Shown: positions 44,867-54,916 of the stretch, piece after piece | Numbering within the stretch: position 1 is the stretch's first letter | How the letters are laid out: each line of letters starts with the position of its first letter | From: a candidate division WWE3 bacterium UBA1401 | GTDB lineage: Bacteria; Patescibacteriota; WWE3; UBA101185; UBA10185 | DNA length: 64,000 nt | Assembly (NCBI GenBank): GCA_002305115.1 | Contig: DBQF01000001.1 | Span: forward strand, 224,916-288,915 | Reading direction: 5' to 3' | Program-made: the position numbers and the translations under genes | Notes under the pieces: generated by a model | The model's database searches: none | The model's input: only the letters and a program-made list of their open reading frames with translations | Told to the model about the DNA's origin: nothing

Positions 44867-45505
44867 TTAACCTTGTCCAACTTCCGATTGTGCAAGAACC
44901 TCTCTAATAGCTTTAACGACTTCTGCAATGTTTTCTGGAACGGCCTGATTTTCAATATCACCTTTATCTGCATAAAGTTTTAACTTATCAAATTCCCCTA
45001 ACAATTTTTCTGCTGCTTTTTCCATTCCATACCTGTTTACAAATTCTTCGAATGGTTCGTTCCCTGGTTGGTTTACTATTTTAACAGCATAAGGGAACTG
45101 TTTTTTAAATGTGGCTTGTACTCTCCTTTGATGAAATGGTCTTGACACCAGGATGACTTTTTTAAATTTTAAGCCTGCTTGTTCCAAGATGGGTCTGGCG
45201 TGTGTAATGTCTTCCAGGGTGTTAGTTGAGGTATCTTGCACAAGGATATTATTATCAGGTACTCCCCCTTTGATAAGGTAGTCTTTGAATGTTTCAGCAA
45301 TAGTTTTTTCTTCTTTCCAAGTAGCTCCTTTTTTTCCCGTCACTAATATTTTTGGGGCATATCCTTGGTTATAGAGTTCTAGGCCTTTTTGAGGGGCTAT
45401 GTTAAATAACCCGCCGAATAAAAAAATCAGATCTGCTTTTTCTGGTTTATCTTTAACTGCCAGCCAGTTTAGAAGGCTTTTAGTATTTTTCTCTAATGTA
45501 GTCAT
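44867..45505 (-). CDS. YdcF/DUF218 family protein
   Basis: 'ADLIFLFGG...ILVTG...VSRPFHQRR' pattern. Confidence 0.7.
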   Translation of the reverse strand: MTTLEKNTKSLLNWLAVKDKPEKADLIFLFGGLFNIAPQKGLELYNQGYAPKILVTGKKGATWKEEKTIAETFKDYLIKGGVPDNNILVQDTSTNTLEDITHARPILEQAGLKFKKVILVSRPFHQRRVQATFKKQFPYAVKIVNQPGNEPFEEFVNRYGMEKAAEKLLGEFDKLKLYADKGDIENQAVPENIAEVVKAIREVLAQSEVGQG

Positions 45506-46137
45506 CAGGTTAATTTCACGCCTAACTCAATCAAATCTCTTTTCAATTGAGCTGCGCTTACAAACTGAATGCCATTAATACCCAGGTCTCTTGCGGCTTT
45601 GGCAAATTCTGCCCTGTCATCAATAAAAACAGTTTCTTCAGGCGTTGTCTCTAGCCTTTGTAACGCTAATCTGAAAATTTTTTCTTCAGGTTTTCTGCAA
45701 CCTACTTCACAGGAGAACACTGTTGCATTGAAATATCTGAAGAAATCTTTGTTTCTAAGAAAGTTCACATGTGCCTGATTTGTATCTGAGATAATCCCCA
45801 TCTTATAGAATTTTTTTAACTTCCTAACTAGTTCCATAACATCTGGGAATGGTTTAAAGTTTTTGGCTAATTCTCTTAACAATAGTGAGTTTTCAGGTAA
45901 TTTTTTTGTGCATTTAGTTAAGCTTTTGAACTTATTCCAGAAGTTTTCTTCTGTGATGATCCCCTTTTCAATTTGAGGTAAAAGTACTTCAATGGTTTTT
46001 TCTACAATGTTTAAGTTAAGGTCTAGTGTTATACTTATATCGTGCTTAATTTCACTCATCGGATTAGTAATAAGCACACCGCCAATGTCAAAGATTACGG
46101 TAGTTATTTCCATAGTTGATTTTATACCATGTGGCAT
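45505..46137 (-). CDS. HAD-superfamily hydrolase (subfamily IA)
   Basis: 'VIFDIGGVL' motif I, 'ISDTN' and 'VFIDDR'. Confidence 0.8.
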   Translation of the reverse strand: MPHGIKSTMEITTVIFDIGGVLITNPMSEIKHDISITLDLNLNIVEKTIEVLLPQIEKGIITEENFWNKFKSLTKCTKKLPENSLLLRELAKNFKPFPDVMELVRKLKKFYKMGIISDTNQAHVNFLRNKDFFRYFNATVFSCEVGCRKPEEKIFRLALQRLETTPEETVFIDDRAEFAKAARDLGINGIQFVSAAQLKRDLIELGVKLT

Positions 46138-46146
46138 GTTACTTGG

Positions 46147-46692
46147 CTAATTAATCAATCTTTTTAGCATCTCGTAATTCAACATTGCGCCATTCAAAGC
46201 TCTATGCTCCTCAGGCTCTGGTGTCAAGTTCAGAAATTCTGCCACTCTTGCTAGTTTCAATGATGATAAATTGGAGTTTCTGTATTTTTGCCACACGATG
46301 GATGGAATATCTATGCAATGGTGATCAAGTACATTTTGGATTCCAGTTCTTAGGCAACTTTCTTTAATGAAACTTAAATCAAAGGTTACGTTATAAGCGC
46401 AAAATACTGCGCCTGAAGTTTTGGCAAAGTATTGCTGCAGGCTTTCTTTAAGGCTGATGGCATCTTGCCACTGTTCCTTGTTGTAGCCGTTTAGTTTTAG
46501 TGCTTCAGGTGTAGCTGTTTCTATGTGTTCCGGAATTACTTTAAATTCTAGAGTATCAATTATTTTCAGGCTAGGCTATCTAACCAGCACAAGTCCAATC
46601 TCAATTATTTCGTGTGTAGAAGAATCTAGACCAGTAGTTTCAAGGTCTGTAATGGCAATGTTTCTGGTTTTAAAATTTTGAGTTTTTTCCAC
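46147..46692 (-). pseudogene. DEDDh (DnaQ-like) 3'-5' exonuclease interrupted by one in-frame TAG
   Basis: My translation: 'VEKTQNFKTRNIAITDLETTGLDSSTHEIIEIGLVLVR*PSLKIIDTLEF...YNVTFDLSF...HRALNGA...'. The TAG is at 46576-46578 in the same frame. TATAAT lies just upstream of the GTG at 46692. Confidence 0.6.
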
Positions 46693-46753
46693 AAAGCTAT
46701 TATAACAACATTAATACTTCTTTTAGGGTGGTTCCTTTCCACCCGTCACAAAC

Positions 46754-47053
46754 CTAGAACCCTTTAATCAAAAACGCTGTCGAAGCAATATCCCAGCCTA
46801 CCAAGTCATTGCCAAACTTTCTTTTGAGCTGATCAGAAGTTTTGTCGAAATACTCATCATGGGCTTCTTTAGAACCATCCCCAGCGTAAGCAAAACCAAT
46901 TCCAAACTGATCCTTACTTGTTTTTCTAACGTACAAATTCACATATTTCTCATCTTTAGCCCATTCATTGGCTACTTCGGTCAATTTATCCACACCAACT
47001 CTTTCATGAAACTTCCACAGACCCATTATCAAGCTCTGTTTTTTATCATCCAT
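46754..47053 (-). CDS. hypothetical protein (99 aa)
   Basis: Start moved to the ATG at 47053 (AAGGAGGTG upstream). Confidence 0.55.
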   Translation of the reverse strand: MDDKKQSLIMGLWKFHERVGVDKLTEVANEWAKDEKYVNLYVRKTSKDQFGIGFAYAGDGSKEAHDEYFDKTSDQLKRKFGNDLVGWDIASTAFLIKGF

Positions 47054-47216
47054 GTAAATCACCTCCTTAAAACAAAAAAAGTCCGTGCTTTCCACGGATT
47101 TCTTTTACTACTACTAAACTAAGAAACGAAAAGAAAAGGAATGGAAAGGAACCGCTATTATTATAGTACTTTTTGGTGCCAGAGTTAAAAGCTATAGGGC
47201 AGAGGATCCAGGCTTT

Positions 47217-47942
47217 TTATCCTGTATGAGCTACTTTTTTACCCGTTTCAATCTTTCTCAAAGTTTCTCTTACGGCAATTGCAGGAAGTTTTTCTTTATT
47301 TTCCTTAACATATTTGTATACATCTGATTTATGTAGTTTTGTCATTTCCCGTAGCAACCAGGAAATTGCTTTCGAAATAAGTTTATTTTTTTCGCTTTTT
47401 AATCTGTCAATGTTTGTAAATGCTAATTCTTTTAACCTTGCGTCTGTACTATCTCTTACTGGTTTAGTAAGTAGCACTAACGAAGCTCTTCTTTTACTAA
47501 TGTGTAAAGACTTGTTGAATCCCACTAAAGTTTTTTTCCAGATATCCCAGTTGTTAAGCATTTCTTCTGCTCCAAAATTTGACTGGCAAAGAGAATCAAT
47601 TTGTGCCCAACCTGTTAAGTTTTCCAGCCATCTGTCCAACCTTTTGGGATCTAGTTGCTTTCTATATTCTGGAAATAACTTGAGAATACCTCCGCCTAAA
47701 TATTTCTCTGTTGCCGACTCGCTCTGGACGTAAATAGAATCTAGTAAATTTTGGAAGTCGTTAAAACCAATGTCCTTGTGCTGAGTATGCCAATTATTAA
47801 GTAAAGTTTTTAACTGTGGATTTGTAAGTGAATATGTTTTATCAGAGTGTCCAGCGTATTTTGGTCCTTGCGTGGTGCTGAAGGGGTTTGTAGCGCTAAG
47901 TTCTTGGATTGATTGGAGTAGTTGCTTATGTAATGAGTGCAT
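47217..47942 (-). CDS. DNA alkylation repair protein (AlkD-like HEAT-repeat family)
   Basis: Length and the helical-repeat pattern 'AISWLLREMTK...' are consistent with the DNA_alkylation family. Confidence 0.65.
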   Translation of the reverse strand: MHSLHKQLLQSIQELSATNPFSTTQGPKYAGHSDKTYSLTNPQLKTLLNNWHTQHKDIGFNDFQNLLDSIYVQSESATEKYLGGGILKLFPEYRKQLDPKRLDRWLENLTGWAQIDSLCQSNFGAEEMLNNWDIWKKTLVGFNKSLHISKRRASLVLLTKPVRDSTDARLKELAFTNIDRLKSEKNKLISKAISWLLREMTKLHKSDVYKYVKENKEKLPAIAVRETLRKIETGKKVAHTG

Positions 47943-48169
47943 AGTGTTATTCTATCAAGATTTCTGTGCTATCATGCCCTACTATTTTATTGGGCTGATT
48001 AATGGTTATTTTGGTTTATTTTTTGCAAGGTTGCTCTCTTCCAAGTAAAACTCCAATTTTCGTGGTACAATACGCTCCGCTGTTGTGCTTAATAGATTAG
48101 AGTTTTAACTATCTAACCCTTTAGATTTGTTCTCCAGTCCATTTTGGACACTAGCCCTAGAAAGAAAAC

Positions 48170-49381
48170 ATGTATAAACAAAAAAATACTAAAAATTGGC
48201 GTTCTAGCAGAACGTCACATAAAAAATGGTCTGGTAAGAACAGAAAACTCAGGCGAGAAAACATAGCAGCTTCTATGTACATTTCCAAACCCGAAAATAC
48301 CCAAGCTAGCGCTTATATTCCGGAAAACACTTTCTACGATTTTAAGCTTCACGGAACTTTGGCAAAAAACATTGCTGATAGAGATTACGTAAACCCTACC
48401 AAAATTCAAGATCAGGCAATTCCTGAAATTTTAAAAGGTAAAGATGTTTTAGGCATAGCTAGCACAGGCTCCGGCAAAACTGGCGCATTCCTTATACCAA
48501 TGATCGATAAAGCTTTAAAAACCCCCGCAACCAGAGTATTAATTGTAAGCCCCACACGTGAGCTGACAAGCCAGATATATGCTGAATTTAAAAAATTTGC
48601 ACAAAATACCAGGCTTAACATTGTTTTGGTAATAGGTGGTGCAAGTATTCGTGATCAGATCCGCTTGCTTAAGAGTAATCCTCAGTTTGTGGTAGCAACC
48701 CCCGGCAGGCTTATTGACCTTGAGAAAAGACATTGCATCAACTTAAGCACTTTCAATAACGTTGTATTAGACGAAGTAGATCAGATGCTTGATATGGGTT
48801 TTGTGGAAGATATTAAAAGGCTTATTGCTAAGCTTTCGCCGCAAAGACAAAGTTTGTTCTTCTCTGCTACGTTGGCTCAAAAAGAGGAAATCATTGCTAA
48901 CACTTTATTGGTTGATCCTGTAAGAGTGCAGGCCGATAAACAATCACCCTTGAAAAACATTCATCAGGGCATAGTACAAGTAAAAACTCGTGCCCAGAAA
49001 CTGCAAGTGCTTCAAGAACTTTTGCAAAAACAGGAATTTAACAAGGTTTTAGTTTTTGCAGGTACCAAAGCAGGTGTTGACTTCATTACCCAAGAGATGC
49101 AAAAGCAAGGTATAAGAGCTGGAGCGCTGCATGGAGACAAATCACAGCGTGATCGTTCTAAAGTGTTAACCAGCTTTAGACAAAATAAAATAGATGTCTT
49201 GATTGCTACTGATGTAGCTTCCCGCGGCATAGATATTCCAAATATTTCACACGTAATAAACTATGATGAACCCGGTAACTATAATGACTATATACACCGT
49301 ATAGGTAGAACTGGCAGACTTGGTAAAAAAGGCACTGCTATAACATTTGTACTAAGCAAATACCATAAATCTTATAGATAG
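48170..49381 (+). CDS. DEAD-box ATP-dependent RNA helicase
   Basis: Q-motif 'PTKIQDQAIP', 'TGSGKTGAF', 'DEVD', 'SAT' and 'HRIGRTGR'. Confidence 0.85.
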   Translation: MYKQKNTKNWRSSRTSHKKWSGKNRKLRRENIAASMYISKPENTQASAYIPENTFYDFKLHGTLAKNIADRDYVNPTKIQDQAIPEILKGKDVLGIASTGSGKTGAFLIPMIDKALKTPATRVLIVSPTRELTSQIYAEFKKFAQNTRLNIVLVIGGASIRDQIRLLKSNPQFVVATPGRLIDLEKRHCINLSTFNNVVLDEVDQMLDMGFVEDIKRLIAKLSPQRQSLFFSATLAQKEEIIANTLLVDPVRVQADKQSPLKNIHQGIVQVKTRAQKLQVLQELLQKQEFNKVLVFAGTKAGVDFITQEMQKQGIRAGALHGDKSQRDRSKVLTSFRQNKIDVLIATDVASRGIDIPNISHVINYDEPGNYNDYIHRIGRTGRLGKKGTAITFVLSKYHKSYR

Positions 49382-49388
49382 TAACTAT

Positions 49389-51200
49389 ATGAAGTTAAGA
49401 AACATAGCCATAATTGCACATGTTGATCATGGAAAAACCACAATTGTTGATGGTTTGCTAAAGCAATCTAAAAATTTCAGGGAAAATGAAGCTTTGATGT
49501 CTCAGGAGTTAATAATGGATTCTAACGATCAGGAAAGGGAGCGTGGCATTACTATTTTGGCGAAAAACACTTCGGTTATTTATCAAGATACCAAGATTAA
49601 TATTATAGACACTCCAGGGCATGCAGATTTTGGTGGTGAAGTTGAGCGAACATTAAATATGGCCGATGGAGTACTTTTGGTGGTAGATGCGCAAGAAGGC
49701 CCTATGCCGCAAACCAAGTTTGTATTACGTAAAGCTCTGGATCTGAATTTAAAGATTATTGTGATTGTAAATAAAATAGATAAAAAGAACGCACGTATTC
49801 CCGAAACATTATCAAAAATCTATGATCTTTTTTTGGAATTAGCTACAACCGAAGCTCAGCTTGATTTTCCTGTGCTTTATGCCACAGGCAAAGCAGGCAA
49901 GGCTTGGAAGCAAATGCCTGCAGACCCGGAAGAAGCTGCAGATTTTTCTGATATTTTTGATGCAATTCTGGAAAACGTGCCTGAACCTATGGTGGAAGAT
50001 GATACTAACTTCCAAATGTTAGTTTCCGCACTAGATTGGGATAATTATAAGGGCAGATATGCTATTGGTAGAGTAAAGAGAGGTGTTGTGAAATCCGGTC
50101 AGCATGTTTCAGTCATAAAGTCTGATGGCACTGTTTTGAATGGTGTAGTAGACAAAATTTTCACAAATCAAGGACTAAAACGTGTAGAAACTACAGAAGT
50201 ATATCCGGGAGATATTATTGCGCTTACAGGTCTGAATGATGCAGAAATTGGTGATACTATTACCTGCACTGCTAAGCCAGAAGCTTTACCTACTATTAAG
50301 ATTGGTGAACCTACGCTAAGTCTAACAATTGGGCCAAACACTTCTCCGCTAATGGGTAAAGAAGGCAAGTTTTTAACTAGCAGACAAATATTGGAAAGAA
50401 TACAACGGGAACTGCAAACAAATGTTGCTATGAAGTTTAGGATTAATGAAGAAGGAAACTATGTGTTATCAGGGCGTGGTGAATTGCATTTGTCGGTTTT
50501 TTTGGAAACTCTTAGACGTGAAGGTTTTGAACTTGAAGTAAGTAAGCCCACGGTTATAACAAAGGTTGTTGATGGTGTGGAAATGGAACCGGTAGAAGAG
50601 CTTACTGTTGATGTAGATAAAGCTTATGTAGGTTCTGTTAAGGGTGAAGTTGGCAAAAGGAAAGGTGTTCTTATAAATCAGGAAGAGCTCTCAAGTGAAA
50701 CCGACAGATTGGTTTTCGAAATTACTACCCGTGGTATCTTAGGGCTACGCAGTACCCTGTTAACTTTATCTAAAGGTACTGCTGTAACAAGTTCTGTTTT
50801 TATACGCAACGAGCCTGTAAGTTCTCAGTTGCAAAAGTTACGCAAGGGGGTTGTTGTTTCTTCTCATTTGGGTAAAGCTGTTCCTTATGGTCTGGTTTCT
50901 GCTCATGAAAAGGGTGCGGTTTTTATTGGTCCCCAAACGCCTGTTTATGCGGGCATGATTGTGGGTGCTAATGGTAGAGACGAGGATATTGAGGTAAATG
51001 TTTGTAGAGAGAAGCAGTTGACTAATAACAGGTCTGTGGGAGAAGAGGGAATTATTTTGCCCCCACCAATAGAGTTGAGTTTGGAACAGCAGCTGGGCTT
51101 TTTGGAAGATGATGAACTGTTGGAGATTACTCCGCATAGCCTGCGCCTAAGAAAAAAGATTTTAGATGCCACTATGCGTCGCCGCGCCGATAGACGCTAA
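49389..51200 (+). CDS. typA: translational GTPase TypA/BipA
   Basis: 'IAIIAHVDHGKTT', 'DTPGHADFGGEV' and 'NKID'. 603 aa. Confidence 0.9.
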   Translation: MKLRNIAIIAHVDHGKTTIVDGLLKQSKNFRENEALMSQELIMDSNDQERERGITILAKNTSVIYQDTKINIIDTPGHADFGGEVERTLNMADGVLLVVDAQEGPMPQTKFVLRKALDLNLKIIVIVNKIDKKNARIPETLSKIYDLFLELATTEAQLDFPVLYATGKAGKAWKQMPADPEEAADFSDIFDAILENVPEPMVEDDTNFQMLVSALDWDNYKGRYAIGRVKRGVVKSGQHVSVIKSDGTVLNGVVDKIFTNQGLKRVETTEVYPGDIIALTGLNDAEIGDTITCTAKPEALPTIKIGEPTLSLTIGPNTSPLMGKEGKFLTSRQILERIQRELQTNVAMKFRINEEGNYVLSGRGELHLSVFLETLRREGFELEVSKPTVITKVVDGVEMEPVEELTVDVDKAYVGSVKGEVGKRKGVLINQEELSSETDRLVFEITTRGILGLRSTLLTLSKGTAVTSSVFIRNEPVSSQLQKLRKGVVVSSHLGKAVPYGLVSAHEKGAVFIGPQTPVYAGMIVGANGRDEDIEVNVCREKQLTNNRSVGEEGIILPPPIELSLEQQLGFLEDDELLEITPHSLRLRKKILDATMRRRADRR

Positions 51201-51248
51201 CTGCAACGCGTTGTTTAAGATATATCTGCAACATAGTATAATCATTTT

Positions 51249-51821
51249 ATGAATAAAAAATTTTTAATTTCCGCTATCCTGTTAGTTGTACTTGTTTCTG
51301 TTTTCATTGTTTCTAAACAAGCAGCTGCACCAGAAGCTCCCGCTGAGCCAATTGATATGACTGATGCAGACACCGCTTCGTTACCTAATCCGGCTTCAGC
51401 ATACTGTGAAGAACAAGGCAGCACTTTGGAAATTGTTACTTCGTCTGACGGCAGCCAGTTTGGCATGTGCAATTTAGGTGATTATCTTTGTGAAGAATGG
51501 GCTTATTATGGAGGAGAATGTGCTGTTGCTGAAGATGAAACTGCTATTTTGCAAGCGCTTAAGGCAAAAGGCCTTGATTTGACAGATATGAAAGTGGTAA
51601 TCAAAAAGCATTTAGGTGAGTATATCGAAGGCGCTGTGGTACCTGTTTCCGCTCCTGCCGGTGGCGGTTACGTATATGCTGCAAAAACGGATGAAGGTAT
51701 GAAGGTGGTAGCTGATGGTAATGGCGTAATTATGTGTTCCGCCTTTGCGGATTATCCCGATTATCCCACTTATCTTATACCTGAGTGTGTGGATGATGAG
51801 GGTGTTGTGATTGAACGTTAG
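51249..51821 (+). CDS. DUF333-domain secreted protein
   Basis: 'NPASAYCEEQGSTLEI...GMCNL...CEEWAYY' pattern. Has a signal peptide. Confidence 0.6.
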   Translation: MNKKFLISAILLVVLVSVFIVSKQAAAPEAPAEPIDMTDADTASLPNPASAYCEEQGSTLEIVTSSDGSQFGMCNLGDYLCEEWAYYGGECAVAEDETAILQALKAKGLDLTDMKVVIKKHLGEYIEGAVVPVSAPAGGGYVYAAKTDEGMKVVADGNGVIMCSAFADYPDYPTYLIPECVDDEGVVIER

Positions 51822-51863
51822 AAGTTACTTTAAGTGTCACGAAAACTCGATTAAGTAACAAAC

Positions 51864-52319
51864 TTATTTCAGTTGTTTTTCCATAGAAACCATATCTATT
51901 CCATCGTAGGTTATATTTTCTACTCTTCTAAATCCTAAGTTTCTATAAAAAGGTACCGCATTTAATGTGGCGTTAAGTGATATCTTATCTTTATCACTTT
52001 TAATAAAGTCATCTTCAATATATTTATATAGCTCCCTGCCGTATTCCCTCCTTTGATAATCTGGATCCACCTGTATTTGATATAAATCCATATCTTCTAA
52101 ATCATATTGAGCAAAACCTATTGTATTATTATCTTCTTTAATAACTATCCATGTGGTATTTTCAAATTGAGCTAGTACACTTTCCTCATTTATTAAATCT
52201 AACCAACTATCAATGACACTGTTACTATAAACCTTAGAGTTAGTTCCTTTGATACACTTTTTGTGTATTTCCACTATGGTTGGTATATCTTGTTCTGTGG
52301 CTGATTGAATGTTGAACAT
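51864..52319 (-). CDS. GNAT family N-acetyltransferase
   Basis: 'IQVDPDYQRREYGRELY' acetyl-CoA-binding motif. Confidence 0.8.
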   Translation of the reverse strand: MFNIQSATEQDIPTIVEIHKKCIKGTNSKVYSNSVIDSWLDLINEESVLAQFENTTWIVIKEDNNTIGFAQYDLEDMDLYQIQVDPDYQRREYGRELYKYIEDDFIKSDKDKISLNATLNAVPFYRNLGFRRVENITYDGIDMVSMEKQLK

Positions 52320-52684
52320 GTTTTTATTGTAGAACGAAAAAAGGAGATTCGGTAACCTGTTTTTATCTGTAACTCACTCACTTCGTTCGTTAACATCTGA
52401 AAGCCCGCTACACTCGCTTCTTCGCTACTCTGGGTCCGCATTATACTCATCCTTTGTCCAATAATGAAAAATTCCCGCCAACCTCTCGCTTTGCTCAAGG
52501 CTTACGGGAATTTTCATGGCTGAGCATGTCGATCAGGAACCTTATTAATCCTGCACAATATCAATCCTGCTTGATACAGCAAAACCTACCATTCCTCCCC
52601 ATTGAGTGGCTGTTTCTGGAGGCGTGTTATCTAAAGCTACAAATAACACCAAATAAAAAGCAGGTTTAGAGATGAATTCAGTGT

Positions 52685-53125
52685 CTACACTGGGGGAAGT
52701 TCAAAACTCACGTTTGTTGAATCGATGGGTATAGTAGATATAGCAAGGGGATAATTTTCTCCGGAAAGACTGTAATAGCAAGGACCCTTGTCTTTTTTAA
52801 TTGCATCGATTATTTGATTCTTATAGTCTAGTGCTACCAAACAAACAGATATTTCATCCGCATAGTAGTTCAGAAGATAATCTTTGTTTATTCCTAATAA
52901 AAATTGGAGCTTATTACCGTCTTTTAAGCTATCGGTGTACTTAAGTATTTTAATATTATAGTTATCACGCCTGTCTTCAAAATTGAATACTCCTGTTGCT
53001 TCAACGATCGTTGAGTCATTTAAAGTACTTTCTGGTAATTTAGATGGGTTTTGCTCAAGGAAATAGTACCCAAACACTCCGACAACTATTAATAAGGGTA
53101 AGAGGATAAAGAGGACTTTTCTCAT
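52685..53125 (-). CDS. secreted/membrane-anchored hypothetical protein
   Basis: ORF with an N-terminal TM or signal segment. Confidence 0.5.
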   Translation of the reverse strand: MRKVLFILLPLLIVVGVFGYYFLEQNPSKLPESTLNDSTIVEATGVFNFEDRRDNYNIKILKYTDSLKDGNKLQFLLGINKDYLLNYYADEISVCLVALDYKNQIIDAIKKDKGPCYYSLSGENYPLAISTIPIDSTNVSFELPPV

Positions 53126-53263
53126 ATCTAATGTATATATATCTTCCCTGAAGTATCAACACTTTGGTTTGAATCTAGGTTATGCATGCATATATTTGCT
53201 AGCCATAAAAGGCTGTCTGAGGCCTCTTGGTCACTTATGTGCCTATTCTGTTGAGAGTCTATG

Positions 53264-53536
53264 TTAACTCGCTAACTCTCGTTCAAAATAACCCTTCAGC
53301 ATTGTAATCAAGGTAGTTCTGCCTCTATTTGTTTTAAGATATTTTTCTCTTCTCAAAGCATCTTGTTTGGAATTGTAACCCTCAAAATGGATTAACTCTA
53401 ATGGTGTGAACTTCTTTGTAGAAGTTACTTCCTTGTTATTGTGTTTGTTGATCCTGTTCTTTAAATTTTCGGTGTATCCAATGTAGATAAAGCTCTTTTG
53501 AGCATTACGCAACACGTAAACAAAATAAAAGGACAT
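53264..53536 (-). CDS. GIY-YIG nuclease family protein (90 aa)
   Basis: 'YFVYVLRNAQKSFIYIGYTENLKNRINKHN' and 'ALRREKYLK'. Paralogue of 10044-10289. Confidence 0.85.
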   Translation of the reverse strand: MSFYFVYVLRNAQKSFIYIGYTENLKNRINKHNNKEVTSTKKFTPLELIHFEGYNSKQDALRREKYLKTNRGRTTLITMLKGYFERELAS

Positions 53537-53655
53537 GGGTTCAACTTAACAGAAAAGTATTAAAAAATAATTAAAAAAAGGTTTATTGTCAGGCACCATT
53601 AGTTTTTTGTTTTGAAAAAGAATGTGAGATTTTGGTATACGCAAATTACTGTTAT

Positions 53656-53684
53656 TGGCCTGCCAGGTGCCGAATGGTACCTGG
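53656..53684. repeat. 29-nt hairpin element, copy 1
   Basis: TGGCCTGCCAGGTGCCGAATGGTACCTGG is 25/29 identical to 57928-57956. Stem CCAGGTGCC/GGTACCTGG. Confidence 0.6.
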
Positions 53685-53755
53685 CTGCAAACTGTTGACG
53701 AAGTTCGAAACTATTTTATGAAGGATGCAGACTATAAATTCAATATCTTTGCTGC

Positions 53756-54553
53756 TTAGAATTCGTGTGTGTCAGCGGCCATTTTGCCACCATCAACAGT
53801 AATTGTTTGTCCATTGATATAAGAGGAATCTTTGCCAGCTAAGAAAGATACAACACTAGCGACCTCACTCACCTCACAAACTCTTCTCATTGGATATTGC
53901 TTTGAAATATCTGAGTACCATTTTTCTAGCTCTTCTGGCGATCTGTTATTTTCGGAATTGGCTATTTTGACAAATCCTGGACAAATAGCATTTGCTCTAA
54001 TGTCAGGAGCAAAATCTACTGCAATGGTTCGTGTTAGGGCATTAATTGCAGCCTTTGATACAGAATATACACTGAAATTTGGGAGTGCATTAAAAGCAGC
54101 TAAGGAGGATATATTAATAATTGTTCCTCCTCCTGATTCCAGTATCAAAGGTATTGAGTATTTTGCCATTTTGAAATATCCATTTAAATTTACATTTAAT
54201 GTTTCATTCCACTCTTCCTCAGTAATATCTACAATGTTTTTAGACATTCCAGATCCATATCTTGCAACACAATTAACTAGGCAATTTAATCCATGGAAAG
54301 TTTCTTTTGTCGTTTTGATAATTCTTTCAACGTCTTCTGTAATTGTCACATCGGCTTGTATAAAAATGGCATCTCCACCCGCATCCTTAATATGCTCTAC
54401 AGTTTTGTTTCCCATATCACCCAGATCGACTACAACGACACAGAAGCCATCTTTTGCCAAACGTATAGAAGTTGCGCCACCAATAGAAGCACCTCCAGAT
54501 TTATAACCCATCGCTCCCCCAGTAACTATGGCTACTTTTTTAGTATTGTTCAT
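53756..54553 (-). CDS. SDR-family oxidoreductase (FabG-like)
   Basis: 'VAIVTGGAMG' cofactor motif and 'YSVSKAA' catalytic YxxxK. Confidence 0.85.
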   Translation of the reverse strand: MNNTKKVAIVTGGAMGYKSGGASIGGATSIRLAKDGFCVVVVDLGDMGNKTVEHIKDAGGDAIFIQADVTITEDVERIIKTTKETFHGLNCLVNCVARYGSGMSKNIVDITEEEWNETLNVNLNGYFKMAKYSIPLILESGGGTIINISSLAAFNALPNFSVYSVSKAAINALTRTIAVDFAPDIRANAICPGFVKIANSENNRSPEELEKWYSDISKQYPMRRVCEVSEVASVVSFLAGKDSSYINGQTITVDGGKMAADTHEF

Positions 54554-54762
54554 ATAAATATTGTATCAAAACTTAACATACATAGATGTCTGGTTCGAAC
54601 CTAAAAAATTCGGCTCGATTTTATTGTCATAACAATATTTAGTTATATGGTATATGCGCGTATTGTCCCGATTTGGTTATGTGAAAATTGATATAGTTCG
54701 AACGCTAAGAAAAGCTTGAAATGGTTAGGTTAGAACTTTGTCCCTAATGGTTTATCTCTTAC

Positions 54763-54836
54763 TGGCTGGGGAACAGGGATTCGAACCCCAATTCCTGCAT
54801 CCAGAGTGCAGTGTCCTACCATTAGACGATTCCCCA
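54763..54836 (-). tRNA. tRNA-Gln (anticodon CTG), CCA encoded
   Basis: Manual cloverleaf: TGGGGAA TC GTCT AATGGTA GGAC A CTGCA CTCTGGA TGCAG GAAT TGGGG TTCGAAT CCCTG TTCCCCA G CCA. Confidence 0.8.
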
Positions 54837-54916
54837 ATAACAACACTGTGGGATTTTACCATAGAAATTCTATTTCAAATCCCACAGATAATAAGGCCAT
54901 TAAGACAAAAACTTAT

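Noticed and set aside
46576-46578. Alternative genetic code (stop-codon reassignment) as the explanation for the in-frame TAG.
   Set aside because: TAG, TGA and TAA each terminate well-conserved genes at the expected lengths elsewhere (for example the PIG-L gene ends in TGA at 3082-3084). This is a single isolated event.
52320-52684. 365-bp non-coding gap with an 11-bp stem (GAAAATTCCCG 52466-52476 / CGGGAATTTTC 52506-52516) and CGCTAC direct repeats.
   Set aside because: There is only one convincing helix, no promoter or terminator logic, and no strand-specific wobble evidence. That is insufficient to call an RNA or a mobile remnant.
53685-53720. 'GAAGTTCGAAAC' T-loop-like string next to the 53656 hairpin, considered as a possible tRNA.
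   Set aside because: No acceptor or T-stem complementarity can be drawn. At best it is a heavily degraded tRNA-end remnant.
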